64,000 nucleotides of DNA from Lama guanicoe (lineage: Eukaryota): positions 10,871,231 through 10,935,230 of the forward strand of contig MU054187.1 in assembly GCA_013239625.1 (NCBI GenBank), given 5' to 3'. Numbering within the stretch: the first letter of the stretch is position 1; every line of letters starts with the position of its first letter. This document shows positions 1 through 13,300 of the stretch, in pieces. The position numbers and the translations under genes were made by a program. The notes beneath the pieces were generated by a model that was not told the DNA's origin, ran no database searches, and worked only from the letters and a program-made list of their open reading frames with translations.

Positions 1-206
1 ATTAAACACTTCCAGGGATGGGATGCTCACATCTCCCACACAGCGCTGTGCAATATACCTTTGAAAATCTATAAATGTTGGAAGGTTGTTATGTTGACTC
101 AGAAATGTTTTTTCCTCTCCTTAGACCCATTCCTTCCCTGGAGCTTCTGGGGAACTCTGATATCTCTTCTGTATGACAGACCTTTAGATAACTGAAGGTT
201 GCCATT
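1..206 (-). mobile_element. L3/CR1 LINE fragment (ancient), cut by the ERV at 207
   Basis: acacttccagggatggga and tgacagacctttagataactgaag resemble the reverse strand of the CR1/L3 3' region (recalled consensus). Confidence 0.5.
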
Positions 207-667
207 TGTGGAAATAAAGGAAGGCCATCAAAATGGGAATAAGCAAAGGCTATTTATTCAGAGCTTTTTATAGCAGAGGAGTCAGCCACCATCCACTTGC
301 ATTTGACAGAGACCCAAAGGTAGGGAAGTGGAAATCTTTATAATGTGAGGAAAAAAAAAAAAAAGGAAGGCTTTTGAGGTATGTTCTCCTTGGAAGTTGT
401 TGGCACGAGGAAACTGGAGGCAGGCTTACCGGAAGCAGATTTCCTTCTGTGTGTAGCTTGGGGAGCAGATTTGGCTATCTCTGCTCGGTTCTGAGTTGGG
501 CAAGAGGAGGGAATCTGGCCTCTGTTAACCAAGTCCTGAATGTTTTGGGCCAGCTGCTACGGAGGTCGTGATTTGGCTTCACTGTTTCTATCAGACGTTG
601 TGGGTCAGTCAGTGTTCTAATGTCATGTATGATCTTTCCATTGTCTTTTTGTATATTCAGTCTCTCA
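207..667 (-). repeat. 3' LTR of provirus 1
   Basis: TG...CA termini (tgtggaaata...cagtctctca). Minus-strand AATAAA near 254-259. Directly followed by gtcccctctttt, the reverse complement of a polypurine tract. Confidence 0.85.
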
Positions 668-699
668 GTCCCCTCTTTTAGTCATTCTCTCCCTTGCTG

Positions 700-2110
700 G
701 AAGTTGGCCAAAACACAAGACTAGAGATCCACATCTTTGCTGTTCGATGACTGTTCATAGTCTCCATAGTTAGTTGTATCACAGGAGCTTCTTAATCTTT
801 TTGATGTTGTATTATCACAGTGATCATCTGACGAGAGAGCGGCTGTCTAAGAGCGTCTAAGACTCTGGGTAGAGTTCAGTGGACTGGCATCATGACCACT
901 GTGACAAAAACAAGCGCAATTAAAAGTCCATGTAAGATGCTTCAAAACCAAGAACCTGAATTATCCAACCAAGGCCAAGAGAACAATCCCACAGCTCATA
1001 AAGATTCACCTTAGAGAGCCAAGTAGCTTTGTCCTTAAAGTGATAAATAGCCTTTTCTACCTTACCTTTTCATTGAGCCAAGTATGGCAAAAAATATTAG
1101 CAATTGCAGATACTATCAAGACTAGTGAACAAGAAGTCTAGATTGTCCACCACCACTCTTGCCAAGGAATTGAGACTGATCTATGTTCCGTCTTAGGTAG
1201 AAATGATATTATTTATAACTTCTGCCAGAATTAAAATGATACGTGTCTTCTGGCCTTTTGTTTGTATGGTTCCTATGATTGGAAACACTACTTTGATTGT
1301 TTGCATATACAATAAATCAGTAACTCCCCCAGGTAAAGTGCATGAATAATCAAAGGTAACCTTGTTTTGGAGTTAGCATCTGAATTGTACTATCCTGCTT
1401 TGATGATCTGTAGAATTAAGGTGTCTGGCACAGAGAAGTTTTGGGATACTATTTCTAAAATGCATGAAGTATTAGAATGAGACAAGCAAAACTAGCCATC
1501 CTGGTTGCAGAGGAAGTAGTATCTGGTAGGAATATATAGATATCCTAAAAAGAAATTGTTTGTGGCATGAAGTTGAAACCAAGGCCTCACATTAGGTGGT
1601 TTACACATTAGTATCTATATTTGTCTCTTCCAGATAGTGAGTAATTTGTCCATCCATCATCTTAAGAAATTCTAAATTCAAATTTAGAATTACTTAGAGT
1701 CTAATTGATAGATTGTGTTTTTTTTTTTTTCTTTTTCTATGAGAGAGCAACACTGGCAAAGTCACAGGCTGATTTGTTTAAGGCCATTTGTCCATGTAGA
1801 TACAAAAAAAAATGCCATTGGCTGTAATTCCCTTCTATCTTGTTTCGGGAATTATCCCTAGGTTTTTATCATGGGCGGCGTCTGGTGAGGAATGGCTTAT
1901 CCAGTAATCAATAAGCTTGAAGGTTACTGTTTAGGAAGTGTGAGATTGGCGTTAGAATGATTGTGCTCTGACCTAACAATTTTAGTAAGAAGGGAATAAA
2001 AGAAGGGCCATTATGAGTAGGTGATAACCAGGGGTCTACAGAAATTAGAAGAATGATTGTAAGTTAGCAGATAAGAAACAAAATGATAATTAGGCTGGGA
2101 TTTTGATCCA
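700..2110 (-). pseudogene. env remnant of provirus 1 (frameshifted)
   Basis: ~1030-1190 on - reads ISLNSLARVVVDN-LDFLFTSLDSIC / IANIFCHTWLNEK, a degenerate immunosuppressive domain and CX6CC region of gamma-type TM. Confidence 0.75.
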
Positions 2111-2226
2111 ATATTTTGTGCAGTTGTCCACTATCCAAGATCATTAGATTCTTCTGAGGATCTTGGGTCACCTGTCTACTGTGAAGATCAGCTACTTCTA
2201 GAGAATCTTCATTCTGAGGTCCCCTA

Positions 2227-3480
2227 TTAGAGCAGGCTTCCAGTTTTGTTGATTCTGGATTGTTTCTTTAGTTGGGAAACGTGAACCCAAGGATTTACTC
2301 CAGGGAGCTTTACTTCTGTATTTGTTGTCTGCAGTATCTGATGGAATCCCTTCCAGTGAGGTTCAAGAGCAATGTTTTTCTGATTTATCTCCCAGTAGGT
2401 AAAATCTTATAATTGAATATCATGAAGAAGTTGTTTAAGATGTCTGAACGCAACCTTAACCTGTTAGTGATAGAATTGGATGTGAATCTCTTGCAATATT
2501 TTCCGATGTCTGTGTGCATCAGGGCAGAGTGTAATATCATAGGTAAAATCCTGAAGCACTTGGTCCTTCCAGTTAGCAGTTTACAGGGAAATAAACAATG
2601 TGTTCTCGAGGGAGTGGACCATACATGGGTGGGAGTACCTTTGACCGAGAGCTCAAATTGTTTCTGAAAGTTTTTTTAATTTCATTTCATTTCAAGGTGT
2701 CATTGATTCTTTTCACTCTTCAGAAGTTTCTAGGTGATAAAAGCAGTGTGATTTCTGAGTAAAGGATAATACCTTACAGAGTATTTTAAATAATGTTTTT
2801 TTGTGACGTGTGTACCTTGGTCACTTGATATAAGTTTATATTCCCAAGATTGGAAACACAAAATTTACCAGATTTTCACAACTGTGAAGACTGTAGCTTT
2901 TTGGCAAAGATGTTTAAGCTCGTCTTGAAATTATATAGACATTCAGTAACTAAAATACATTTATATTTCATGAAAAGTGGAAGCTGTATAAAATACATTA
3001 AGGTGTTCAAAGGGCCTTTGAAGCTTTGTTTCCTGGCCATTTCCCACATTTACAGCTTTTCTAGAATTAGGCTGTTGACAAGTCCACATGACTTAAAAAT
3101 GACCTCAGCTGTCTTGTTAATAAAGTTTTCCCAGCCATGATGATTTAAGATAGTAAGCAATTTATCTGTACTGGGATGAGTAGTTTCCTGGAGAAGTTTA
3201 GCTAATATCCTTTTGAAACCATCTAGTGCCACCAAGCAGCTGTCTTGGGAGCATCAGAGATGATCCGACTGAAGCTAGAACCATTTTTTCTCCATTTTGC
3301 TTTTCAGAATGGGGGGCTAAATATTGATACTTTGTAATGGTTTCTTTGAATACCTTTAAGGATTCATCCTTTAAGAGTTTTGATAGGATCAAAACCTTCA
3401 CTGAGGCTGCTTGTTTGGCAAAATGATCACTGGAGTATTTCTTTTAACTTCCATATTATCTCTTTTCCTCATGAGCCTCT
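2227..3480 (-). pseudogene. pol remnant of provirus 1 (RNase H end plus integrase)
   Basis: 2227-2400 on - reads LEPHWKGFHQILQTTNTEVKLPGVNPWVHVSQLKK (integrase C-terminal GPY-type module). SDQGTH core motif near 2810-2830. ETTHPSTDKLLTIL zinc-finger-region remnant near 3150-3190. DHFAKQAA RNase H end near 3405-3430. Confidence 0.85.
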
Positions 3481-4342
3481 GTATAAAGTAGGAGGTCATC
3501 TAAAAGTGTGTTAAATGTCTTGTCTGCTTTTGATGAGGGTTCCAGCAGAGTTGACCCTTTGTTTCCAAAACATCCCAAAGTAATTTATTTTTATTTTTAT
3601 TTATTTTATAGCATGTCTGTGGTCTTTGGCTAGTTGACAAGCTCAAGGAAGTACAGTGGTTTTGCCACATCGGCTGATTTTTCCCTCATATAGAGCACTG
3701 TATTCTAAAAGCAAGCTTAAATTGCTGTTAGCATATTCTACTCCAGTTCAAGTTTTGAGGTATGGTTTATCAACAAATAATATTAGGTCACAGTTTTAAG
3801 TGGAAATCCTTAAAAACACTGAATGAGGTATAGCAAATTCTGTAACTGAGCTCAGAAAATTGTAAGGTTCCTTTACCCAGGTGGGGGCAGGAGAGGGGCC
3901 TACCAGGGTGTTCAGTGGTGAATGGTAGTGTGAGGGAGCGCCTGGTGGAATCTGACGGGCACGGAATTAACTAGCTGAGAGGTAGTGCGTGTTCTCAGGC
4001 AGTAGGAATGTCTGTGCTGCATGAGAAACCAGGAGAATGAGAGGGAGGCTTGTAACTAGTGCAGCAGAAGCACTGAGCTTTTGAAGTGGTGGCTGTTGCC
4101 CGACAAGGAGGGGAATCTGCCTTTACAGCCAGGTCAAGGGCATGAGTTTTATGACTGCCATGAAGTTAAGTTAAAACTCCAACGGCGTGCCCAGATTGCT
4201 CACGTGTAAGTAGACAAAAGGATTTTTGTTGAGGATGCATATGGAAGGAGTCTGTTGACAAGTCTTCAGATAACAGAAGGCCTGTTTATAACAGACTAGC
4301 CACAATCCCAGGAACTGGTGACACTTGTTTGCACTATTCAGT

Positions 4343-4684
4343 TGTTAAAAACACAATTCAACTGAGTAAATGATTCATGAATCGGGCAGCATCCAATCTA
4401 GCAGACAGAAAGGAGCACCGAGTTGCTGTACAAAATGCAAGACGTTTACAGACAGAAGGGAGTGGATCAGGAAGTTACACCAGCAAAAAGCAGATTGGTT
4501 GTGGTAAGGTCACTTTCCTTTAGGGGATGGCAGACTAACTCACTAGCGCCGATCAGGTGATTCCTGACTGACTGGTATAAGATTCCATTTCTGGGAGAAC
4601 GTAAGCTGTAATTAGGTCTCAGTTTGGTGACAAGGGGCTTAGCATAAGCAACCTCGTTATGGGCCTGTGGTCTTGTTTTTAACA
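4343..4684 (-). mobile_element. Solo ERV1-type LTR nested in provirus 1, related to the LTRs of provirus 2
   Basis: Inverted termini tgttaaaaa...tttttaaca. Perfect 4-bp TSD CAGT at 4339-4342 and 4685-4688. Shares aattcaactgagtaaa and other blocks with 17088-17461 and 23552-23925. Confidence 0.9.
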
Positions 4685-5057
4685 CAGTTGAACCTAGAAA
4701 TCCTCTCCATCGTTTGTGAGAGGTCTAGGATGTTTGGATCGTCTGCAGCCTTATCAGGAGAGAGTGATCTCCCTTGTATAGGTTACAACCTCAATCATAG
4801 ATTATGTTTTGGCAGAATTATCATTTATCTTTTGAAAAGTTATGTCCCTCTCTTGCTAAGGCTGAGAGCAAGTAAACAGAATCCTTTTTACAAGATTCCT
4901 TATTCTCTGAATAAAGCAGGAGCTCATGTACATATTGTATGAGGACTCAGTCACAAGAGAGGCTTAGACCTTTTCAGTGTTGATGAGGACCTGGGGAAGA
5001 TAGGAGGGGGCTTCACCTGGGCCATGACCATCCAGGTATGCTGTTGTCCTCCCCAGG

Positions 5058-5347
5058 TGAAGACAAAAGGGAAAGGTTTAGAGTGAAAAAGAAGAGAAGG
5101 CTTCAGGGATATTCTAATTGGAGGCTGTTGGATGGGAGAGATGAAGGCGGGCTAATTAGAAGTGAATGATTTTGTGTGATTGATTTGGGAGCATATTTGT
5201 CTTCCTATGATCTGTTCTAATTGGAAGCCAGCAGTCATTGACCGAGTCTTGACCATTTTGAGCCAATTGCTGCAGAGATTGTGGTCTGGGGATGGTTACA
5301 ACAGAAGTACATGGTCTGCCCACTGTACCTACAGATTCAACCTCTTA
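5058..5347 (-). repeat. Partial 5' LTR of provirus 1 (U5 side and PBS deleted)
   Basis: Colinear with ~310-667 (gaaggcttc...ttggaggctgttgg...gggagcatatttg...attcaacctctta) and followed by the TSD CCATT. Confidence 0.75.
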
Positions 5348-5556
5348 CCATTTTGCTCCTGTAAATCTTCTCATATAACTTTCTCCAACTCCATCTAGAA
5401 ATGACTTGAAAAATAATTGATGCATGAGGTAAGATTTTTGCAAAGTGAAAATACAACATTTTGCTTAGCAAACACCTGGCAGATGCCTGAAAACATGGAC
5501 TTTTCTCCTTAATTCTGAGTTAACTTTTTTCTCCGCAATTGTTTGTGTTGTTACAG

Positions 5557-5692
5557 AGGATCTTGATGATTTAAGAATGGAGGGAGTAACTACCCTGGTA
5601 CCTTCTGGGAGCAAATGTAACCAAGGTCGAGCTACTCACTCTTCTGAACCTCAGGCCAAAGTCACGCTGAACATCTGTTCAAGGTGTGCCAG
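5557..5692 (+). CDS. C8orf34: C8orf34 internal coding exon, 136 nt, phase 1 to 2
   Basis: Acceptor tgttgttacag, donor ag|gtaaaa. Encodes (E)[44 protein letters not shown](R), matching recalled human [46 protein letters not shown]. Confidence 0.93.
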
Positions 5693-7444
5693 GTAAAACA
5701 AATGATAGGTATACGACATAAAGTATGGCCTTGAGTTTTTACATCTAAGATTTTGATGCAAAGTGTGTGTACTCCTCTGTGTTAAGGAAGCCTTTTCCTT
5801 CCGGTTATCTTTTGTGCTCACACTGGCAAGGGAGTTAGTCCTGCAGTTTATCCATGTGCCCAGTGCCACCTAGACCAGCAATGAAGCAAAGAAGTTAGAC
5901 TGCCTTTACTTCACAGTATGAGAAGTCTCTGCCTCTGAATTTCATTTGCCATCTGCCCTTCTGTTCCCTTTCAAAGGAAGGTTCAAGGGGCTCTAAAAGT
6001 CCGTAGCACATGCATGAAGGACAGTTTGCCCAGGTACAGTTTAAGATCTGATATTATTGTCCTCTTAACGTGCTCCTCATCCTGTTCACCTCCCGGAAAG
6101 AATTTAATCAGCTTGAAGCTTTTCGGTTTTGGCAGCTGGAAGCAATCTTTGCATGTACTGTCTGTGGCCAAAGAAGTAGCTTAAGTTACTGCCAAGTCAG
6201 CTCCCGGTGCTGGTCTAGCAGAAACTCACCAAGTAGCTAGAATTCATTCTTTTGTAGGAATGAAATTTCATTTGCAAAGAGGCTTTTAAGCCTGTTTAAA
6301 TGATAAAACAAGCCTTCTAACCCTTATGTAAATGGTGCAGATTAGCAAGAACAATGCACTAGCTGGCCAGTTTTATCTCCTTTTCTTTATGTCTGGCTGT
6401 TCTATTGTACTGTTTGAGAGGGGATTAGCAGCTTGGAAATAGGGAAGGGGGGAAGTGTAGGAAAATCAAATCAGATTTTTGAAGCTTTTCCTTGTCTTTA
6501 CCCCTTTGTAATTTTTACTTTAATTGTCATAGGCTTAGAAAAGTAAAAAGGATACCTCTCAGAAAATTAGGGGATATTATTTGAGACCATTAAGAGGAAT
6601 GCCACAGCACAGAGAAAACACCAATAGAAACATTACTTCAGACAAATGAAAGTTGGGTGAATTGATTTTTTGATGAGGGCTGTGAAGAAAACTGCTAATA
6701 TTTATGTGATGACAGGCATCCTGGGTGTACAAGGCCATCTGTGGAGCGGTGGTTTGGCAGTTTAAAAAAACTTTCTAGTAAATTTGTCGTTTACAATTTG
6801 ACTGGAGAGTGGCTGGTGCTTGGTCCTTTGTATTACTCGTAGAAGGTTGGGATATGAGGTGTTTTTGTTTCTTTCAAAAGGAAATCCAAATGAAACAATA
6901 TGCTTTACTGAACTACTGAGGATTTCAACTGGGAAAGGACCAAGCCCGTTCATAGCCCTAATCTATTTATCATTCAGCTTCCCAATGATAAGTTAGATTA
7001 TACATTACAAGCCACGTGCATTTAAGGTGAACACTTAACTGAAGTTTTTGTATATTCAGTTGAATAATGATCAGTTACATTTATTGCCTTCTTGCTGTGC
7101 TACTGAAGTAACGCAGCCAGTAAGTGGCAAAACGCAGTTTCAGACCCAGGCAGTGCAGCCTGACAGTCTGCCCGATCAGTCATTTTGTTTTATTGCTGAG
7201 CATCAAGCTACTGTCTGAAGGTGAAGCTGGAAGCTTAAATAGAAGTGATGATAGATGGATAGAAAAAGCTAAAAAGAGATATAAGTATTGGAGTTCATGA
7301 TTGTTTTGATGGAGAATAAGGCAATATTGTATTTTCAAAAGTAAGATTAATTGAGGGAAATCAATGGGAGAAGCGTGGTAGAAGGCACGAGGCTGTGGGT
7401 GTCAGATTAGCTGCTGGAGCCGGAGGGCAGAGTGGAAGAACTAC

Positions 7445-7874
7445 TGCCAGTTGTCGAAAACGACGAGAAACCTGAGACTTTACCCTATTGGCAGCCTGAC
7501 ACCTTGCGGTCCGCCGCTGTTTTATAGATTCTGACAAAAGACATGAAACTCCTGGGTCGAAGACCAAGGACTTCAGACTCTCGACAATCACAGTTGTCAG
7601 TATTAGCGTTTTCACTGGTCCTCCCAGCCACAATCTCAGGGGATGACAGACACAGGGCAGCAGGTTGAGGTACACGAGGGAACCCTGAGTTTAGGAAACC
7701 TGAATATTTTACAATGGGGTGTTAGCATTGCTCTAGACAGGACCCCGTATCTACCTTCCAAGGCTGTCTGCTATACAGACGTCTCTGAGCAGATTGTCGG
7801 AAAGAAAGGCTGTTGGCGTCTCTGCTCACAAGACACGTAGAAACACGAGAGACGTGGAGAACGGTCTCCCGGCA
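7445..7874 (-). mobile_element. LTR40-like solo LTR (ERVL)
   Basis: The reverse strand begins tgccgggagaccgttctccacg...tcttgtgagcagag, like the recalled LTR40 5' end. No clear TSD. Confidence 0.65.
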
Positions 7875-8047
7875 GTCCTTAGGGTGGACTGCTTCTGTAA
7901 TGCATCGATGGATGTAGTTATCAGTTCTCCATAGTTAGCTGTCAAGCGTCAATTTGTCTTGCTGTTTCATCCCTTCCAGTTGTAAGTGAGGCTCTTAAGA
8001 CTGTGAGAATTCGACTTTTTAAGCCAGGACTGAGCAGTCATCTGAGG

Positions 8048-8334
8048 CAGAAGTCACAAACTGGAGGACTGTGGATAGTGCCCTCTTTTGTGTCCACATA
8101 CTATTTAAAAATACCACCTGGATTAGTAATTAATTTTACACAAAAATGGGGATCTTCTCTTAAAAACTCATACCCGTGATAGTGGCGGGCCCGCATTCCC
8201 CAAGAGCTGCACAGCAGAATTGCCCTGTCCAGTCCCTTCAGCCCAGATGCTCCAGTTCCCCTCGGGCTGTCGTTCCAGTTTCACGCATTCACACCACCTG
8301 TCTGAAGCCTGCAGGCCCTTGTTTGTGACCTCCG
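8048..8334. mobile_element. hAT-Charlie MITE, MER102-like
   Basis: TIRs cagaagtcacaaac and gtttgtgacctccg (12/14 match), internal gggcccgcattccc block. Confidence 0.7.
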
Positions 8335-11300
8335 ATTTGTAGAAACACTGGACTCCAAAGATAAGCAGGGCATCAGGGCTGGAGGAATCCAGGCTGAGGA
8401 ACCCGGCCAGGCCACCGGGAGAATCTGGTGCCCAGAAGGGGCAGCTCCTGCTCTCTCCGGGTGCCGGGTTGTGGGGAGGCAGGCTGCAGTCTCAGAGTGA
8501 CCAGAACTCAGAGTGAGTGCGTTGGTGAGAAACCTAGCGCTGCAGTCTGGACCAGCAGGGGGAAAATGAGCGCTGTATCTGGAGGACTGGAGCGCATTCC
8601 CACTGCTCTCTTTGGGGGACTGGCACCCGGCCTGGAAGGTAACGGAAGGAATACAGGCTTCAGAGAGGAAGCTCAGGCACAGGATTTGGGGCCTGGGATC
8701 AGGTTTTAACTCCAGCTCTCTCTGGACTGGGACAGTGTGACACTAATGGATATGAAAGTTCAGGATATTTAATGTTAAGTTATATCACATACTTACCAAC
8801 ATCTTTCAAGAATTTACAGTAAAAGTAGATTAGAAAGACAACCTCCTTTGAAGTCTGACAAATAGATGTAGTTTTTAAATTACTCTTTAAATTACCTAGT
8901 GTGTCATCTTGGAAAAATTATGCAAATATTCAGAAAATCTGAGCCCTCATCTGTGAAATGGAGTTCACGTGATCCTGGAGATACCCTAGCAGGGCAGGGA
9001 AGGCTGGGAGGCTGGGCAGGGAAAGGTGTTCCCAGTGCGAGGCTCCCTAGAACGGGGTTTCTCTTCTCTTTCTCCCACTCACTGGGATAATGACCATGTA
9101 ATGACTTAGGCAGTTTAAAATTGAGATTTTTTTCCCGTCTTTTAGAAAGGACCACATTAAAGTACTCAGATATTGAAGAAAAAAAGAACCTCATTTTTCT
9201 GACTCTCAGAAATTTTCTCCTGCTTTAGGCTTCTGACTGGGGACAAAACTATGGTCCATCATCTAGGATTTCTGTGTTCAATAAAACATCATAAGGTGGC
9301 AGCATTTTTATTTGTCTGTTTGTTTCTTAGAGTTTTAAGGTCAAGACATAAATTTTTCCCTCAAAATTGGAGGGGCAAAATATGATGAGTAAGCTTAATG
9401 GATGTGTTGTAACCTTGAAATAATACTGTAGCCCCCAGATATTATTAGCAACCTCAGTAGAAAGTCCCATGTGGGTAGAGAGTCAAATGATGTTCAGAAT
9501 TTTTGCAAAGAACCCATCAATGATCCACTTAGTGTAAAGAAGTGGAGCCTTCTCTTTGAATTGTCATTTTCCTCAGTCTCTTTTTCACATACCACACCGC
9601 TCATGAGCTGCCAGTGGGGTCATGGTATCTAGAACTGGGTTTGCATATGATATGTCTAGACCATCTCTGGTCTTAGCAAGCCGAGGGTACGCAGTTTCAC
9701 AGCCCTTCCCGTCCGGAACCTGATGGAAGGCGTGACCTGTAACAAGACTGAGACTAAGACATTCTGCTGAGAATGACTGAGGAATGTAAGATTTACATGA
9801 CCACCAGAAGGACTTCTACTTTTCAAGAGATCAGAGAAAGAGGAATTCAGCCCACATGAAATTACTCTGTAAAGTTTTATGTGCAAGAAAGTGATGAAAA
9901 TAGTAAGAATATCAAAAAGTTTATGGATTAGAATAGCTATAAGTAATAAAAAGATTCCATTTCCCCCCACATTTTTTAATATTTCACACATGGTTTAAAA
10001 AGTGCAGATGGTAGAAAGCTTGTGTTTGCAAGCTGGAAAATTATTCCAGGGTAATAGTACTCCCATAGCTCTTGGTGACCTAAATCTGATGTGGGCATTG
10101 CTACAATGTGTGTGATTTAAACAGAGATGACATCGTTTGGCAGGAGGGAAAATGCATAGTTAATAGATATCTGACCACCAAAATGTACAAAGATTCTAAT
10201 CCAGAATATCTCAATATTCCCCTCAGATCATAAGGGAAAGAAGCCATTATAAAAAAACAATTTTAAGTTAATGAAGAATTTTCCTGTGTAGGATATTGCA
10301 GTGTCCCTGTAATTGCTGGGTTTTGCATTACGAGGTAGATTTTTAAAATATTCATTAAGTGTCTTGATTTGACTTTTAGAAGCTTTCGCGCTTTCAGCCA
10401 AAAATCCTTGAATGGTGTGAGCCAAACAAGTTTAATTTGTTGCCTGGGAGTCACACTAAGTCATATCAATTAAAAAGTAAAATGTCAGTAGGTCAGTAAT
10501 GCAAATTATCAGTAATTATCAGCAAAACTTTCATGGTTTTAAAAATAGTGGTTTGCAAAGTTGTGAGTTTCAAAATAAATTTCTCTATTAAATATCCTGA
10601 ATTTTCTTCTTAAGAAAACAGTTAAAATACCGATAGCAAGCAGACAATTGCTGATACCAAGGCACCGAATTACTATTTCAGTGGAGTTTGTAAGCCATTT
10701 TTCTGGAAAGACCACCCATTAATTCTGTCTACCCACTGCCATTCTGAGGAGTTAAATCTTGTTTTTGTGGACTCCTGCCAGGGCATTCCGGGTGGTAAGA
10801 TGCTATTTGTTTTTAATGGTGCAAGTGTTTGCATTCATTCATGCTTAACATCAATAGTGCACAAAAAAGGACCCGAAAGCCATTTTAAAAGAAATTGGAT
10901 TATAGGAAACATACAGTGATACTGGCTCAGAAACTACAGCCTGAGAACGTTAGGAGAAATTTGTTTCCAGATAGCCTGCTGATTTTTAACTGACTTGCTT
11001 CATGTCACTACCAAAAATCGTTCATCATTCCTCCTAAACTTCATGACAATAAAATGTTGAGTTTCGCTATAAGTTGATAAAGCAGAAGCAGCTTATCATG
11101 GGTGACAGCATGCTGAAGAAAAGGTGAATGTCAGTCCTCGTAAACGTGAGCGAATTTCAGACTATCCATATTAGGGTTTACTAGTTGACTTGAGAAAACC
11201 TATGTTATTAACCATACATTATGTGCTGTTTCACTTTCCCATGCATTTTTTCTTTTTTTTCCTGCAACTATTTTTATAAGGAAAGGTGAGCAAAACTAAC

Positions 11301-11449
11301 ATAAAGGAAAATGGATAAGGCCAAAAAGGGACTTCTATCACTTGTTTTAGGTTAAAAATTTTCCAGAAAATTGACTTCCTACACCTAGAAAATTAAAAGG
11401 TCCCGTTTGAGTGATGAATACAATGCACCACCTACTGCCACGTTGTAAG

Positions 11450-11650
11450 TGACAGAAATACTTAATTTGAATCAAAACAGAAGACTCATTCTGTGTCAAG
11501 TACTGTGATAAACTCTGAAAATGAAAATTAACACCCTTGACCACTAGGAATTTATATTCTGGCTGGAAACAGATATGGAAATAATGAGCGCAACCCAAAA
11601 TGTCAGATGGTGACAGTGCTATAGGAAAACTAAAGCTCAGTAAGATGGCT
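11450..11650 (-). mobile_element. L2 3'-region fragment
   Basis: tgtgtcaagtactgtgataa...ggaatttatattctgg...gtgacagtgctataggaaaa, typical of the L2 reverse strand. Confidence 0.55.
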
Positions 11651-11943
11651 GGGTTATGCCAGGTGTGACTGATCGTTGTCTTATCAGGGCTGTTGCTCTC
11701 AGGACAGCCCACACTCCTCGAAAGACTGATTTGTGGCTTTCATTGTTCATTCAAGATCTGCACGAAGGAAGAACTGAGAGCAACACATACCAGCCAGAAA
11801 CTGGGGACTACTTCATCTCAGTTCTAAACACATGAACTTCACAGTTTTTCTTTTATTTGTAAATTCATACAAGATCCTCCCCATCCCCACTTCTTTTAGT
11901 AGTTGTTTTGTAATTCACAGGGGAGAGAGGGCCTTGGATGCAG

Positions 11944-11946
<3 letters not shown>

Positions 11947-11982
<36 letters not shown>
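11947..11982. repeat. (CA)18 microsatellite
   Basis: Perfect CA run, followed by tacaca. Confidence 0.95.
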
Positions 11983-11987
<5 letters not shown>

Positions 11988-12034
11988 ATTCTCTCAAACA
12001 TATATAATCTCAAAAGCTATTTTCTATTTATGTG

Positions 12035-12155
12035 ACAAAGAGCTGGGGCTTTGGAGCAATAGAGATCAGGGTTGGAATCTCAGCTCGCCCACTGAACAGC
12101 TTTGGGAAATCACTTAACCTCTCTAAGCTTCAGTTTCCCTAACATGGGGGTAACA
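12035..12155 (+). mobile_element. MIR SINE fragment
   Basis: ggctttggag...gggttggaatctcagctc...aaatcacttaacctctctaagcttcagtttcc (MIR core). Confidence 0.8.
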
Positions 12156-12931
12156 TGGTCCTAAAATTTTCTGCCCCTGGGATTATAGCAGACTGGAGCG
12201 GCTAGCTTAGTTTCAAGCATACATACAGTCTACTCTGGGAAAAAAAAGTCTATTTTAAGATTAAAATATACATTTCAAAAGGAGTTAAATATACATTTGA
12301 AATCCGGGGAAGTCACATTATGTGGTCAAAAAAACAAAAGGAGTATCAAATTAAAGGTCTATGAAAACATGACTAGAGTTTAGGGAGTAAAATATTGTGG
12401 GTAATTTTGGTTGATTTTAAACTAAATTCAAAAGTATTTTGATTATGGAGACTTTTCTCGTAATTTTTTTCATGATTCCTGTCTCTCTGGGTGTACCCGT
12501 CTGTATATTTATTTTATCCATCCATCCATCCATCTATCCACCGTGTAAACCCTTTCCAAGATTGTGATGTTAAGAGACACTTGAAGGACAGCAGGAAGAG
12601 GAAGGGCAAGATGACCTTGTAGTCATCTTCACTAAGCAGCAGCAACCTTGAAAGACAGCCAGAAAAACGTTTGTGGATCCCACAGTCAGTACTAGGGTAC
12701 TGGTGTTTCCAGCTCATACCAGAATACCTGAGGTTGTTTTTCCAGCATCTCCATTTAGTTTGTCAGGATTGCTATGGTCTTCAATCAGGGTAACCTCCTT
12801 TCCCTTTATAGACTTTCTGGGTCTAACGTAGTATCTTTGATTTGTAGAAGAGTCCTTTTGGGGAGAGCCTACGGCCACCCACAACACTGGCTTTCTCCGG
12901 GCGGCATGCGGTCCCGTTCCCCAGTGGGAGT

Positions 12932-13300
12932 CTGCTTTCTCCCATTCTGAGGGATGTAATTTCACTTTTTTAGTGGTGTATTTTGAAGCACAAGTGTTTT
13001 CAGTTTTGATCAAGTCCAACTTATCTACCTTTTTCTAATGTTATGTAGGCATTTGATGTCATACCTAAGACACAATTGCCTAATTTAAGGTCACAAAGAT
13101 TTACACCTATGTTTTCTTCTAAGTGATTATAATTTTGGCTCTTACAGTAAGATTTGTCATGCATTTTGAGATAATTTTTATATATGGTATGAGGTAGAAA
13201 TGTAATTTCATTCTTTTGCATGTGGATGCCCAGTTTGTCCTAGTGCCATTTGTTGAAAAGATTATTCCTTCCACGATGAATTATTGTGACACTTCTCAAA
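12932..13300 (-). mobile_element. L1 ORF2 3' fragment (old L1M)
   Basis: The - strand gives ttttcaacaaatgg...catccacatgcaaaagaatgaa and the peptide HLEENIGVNLCDLKLGN of the L1 ORF2 C-terminus. Confidence 0.85.

Larger units (their letters stand above)
207..5347 (-). mobile_element. Decayed class I (ERV1/gamma-like) provirus with MER89-like LTRs
   Basis: Homologous LTRs at 207-667 and ~5058-5347. 5-bp TSD CCATT at 202-206 and 5348-5352. PPT at 668-679. Integrase and env TM motifs on the - strand. Family name recalled from memory. Confidence 0.85.
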
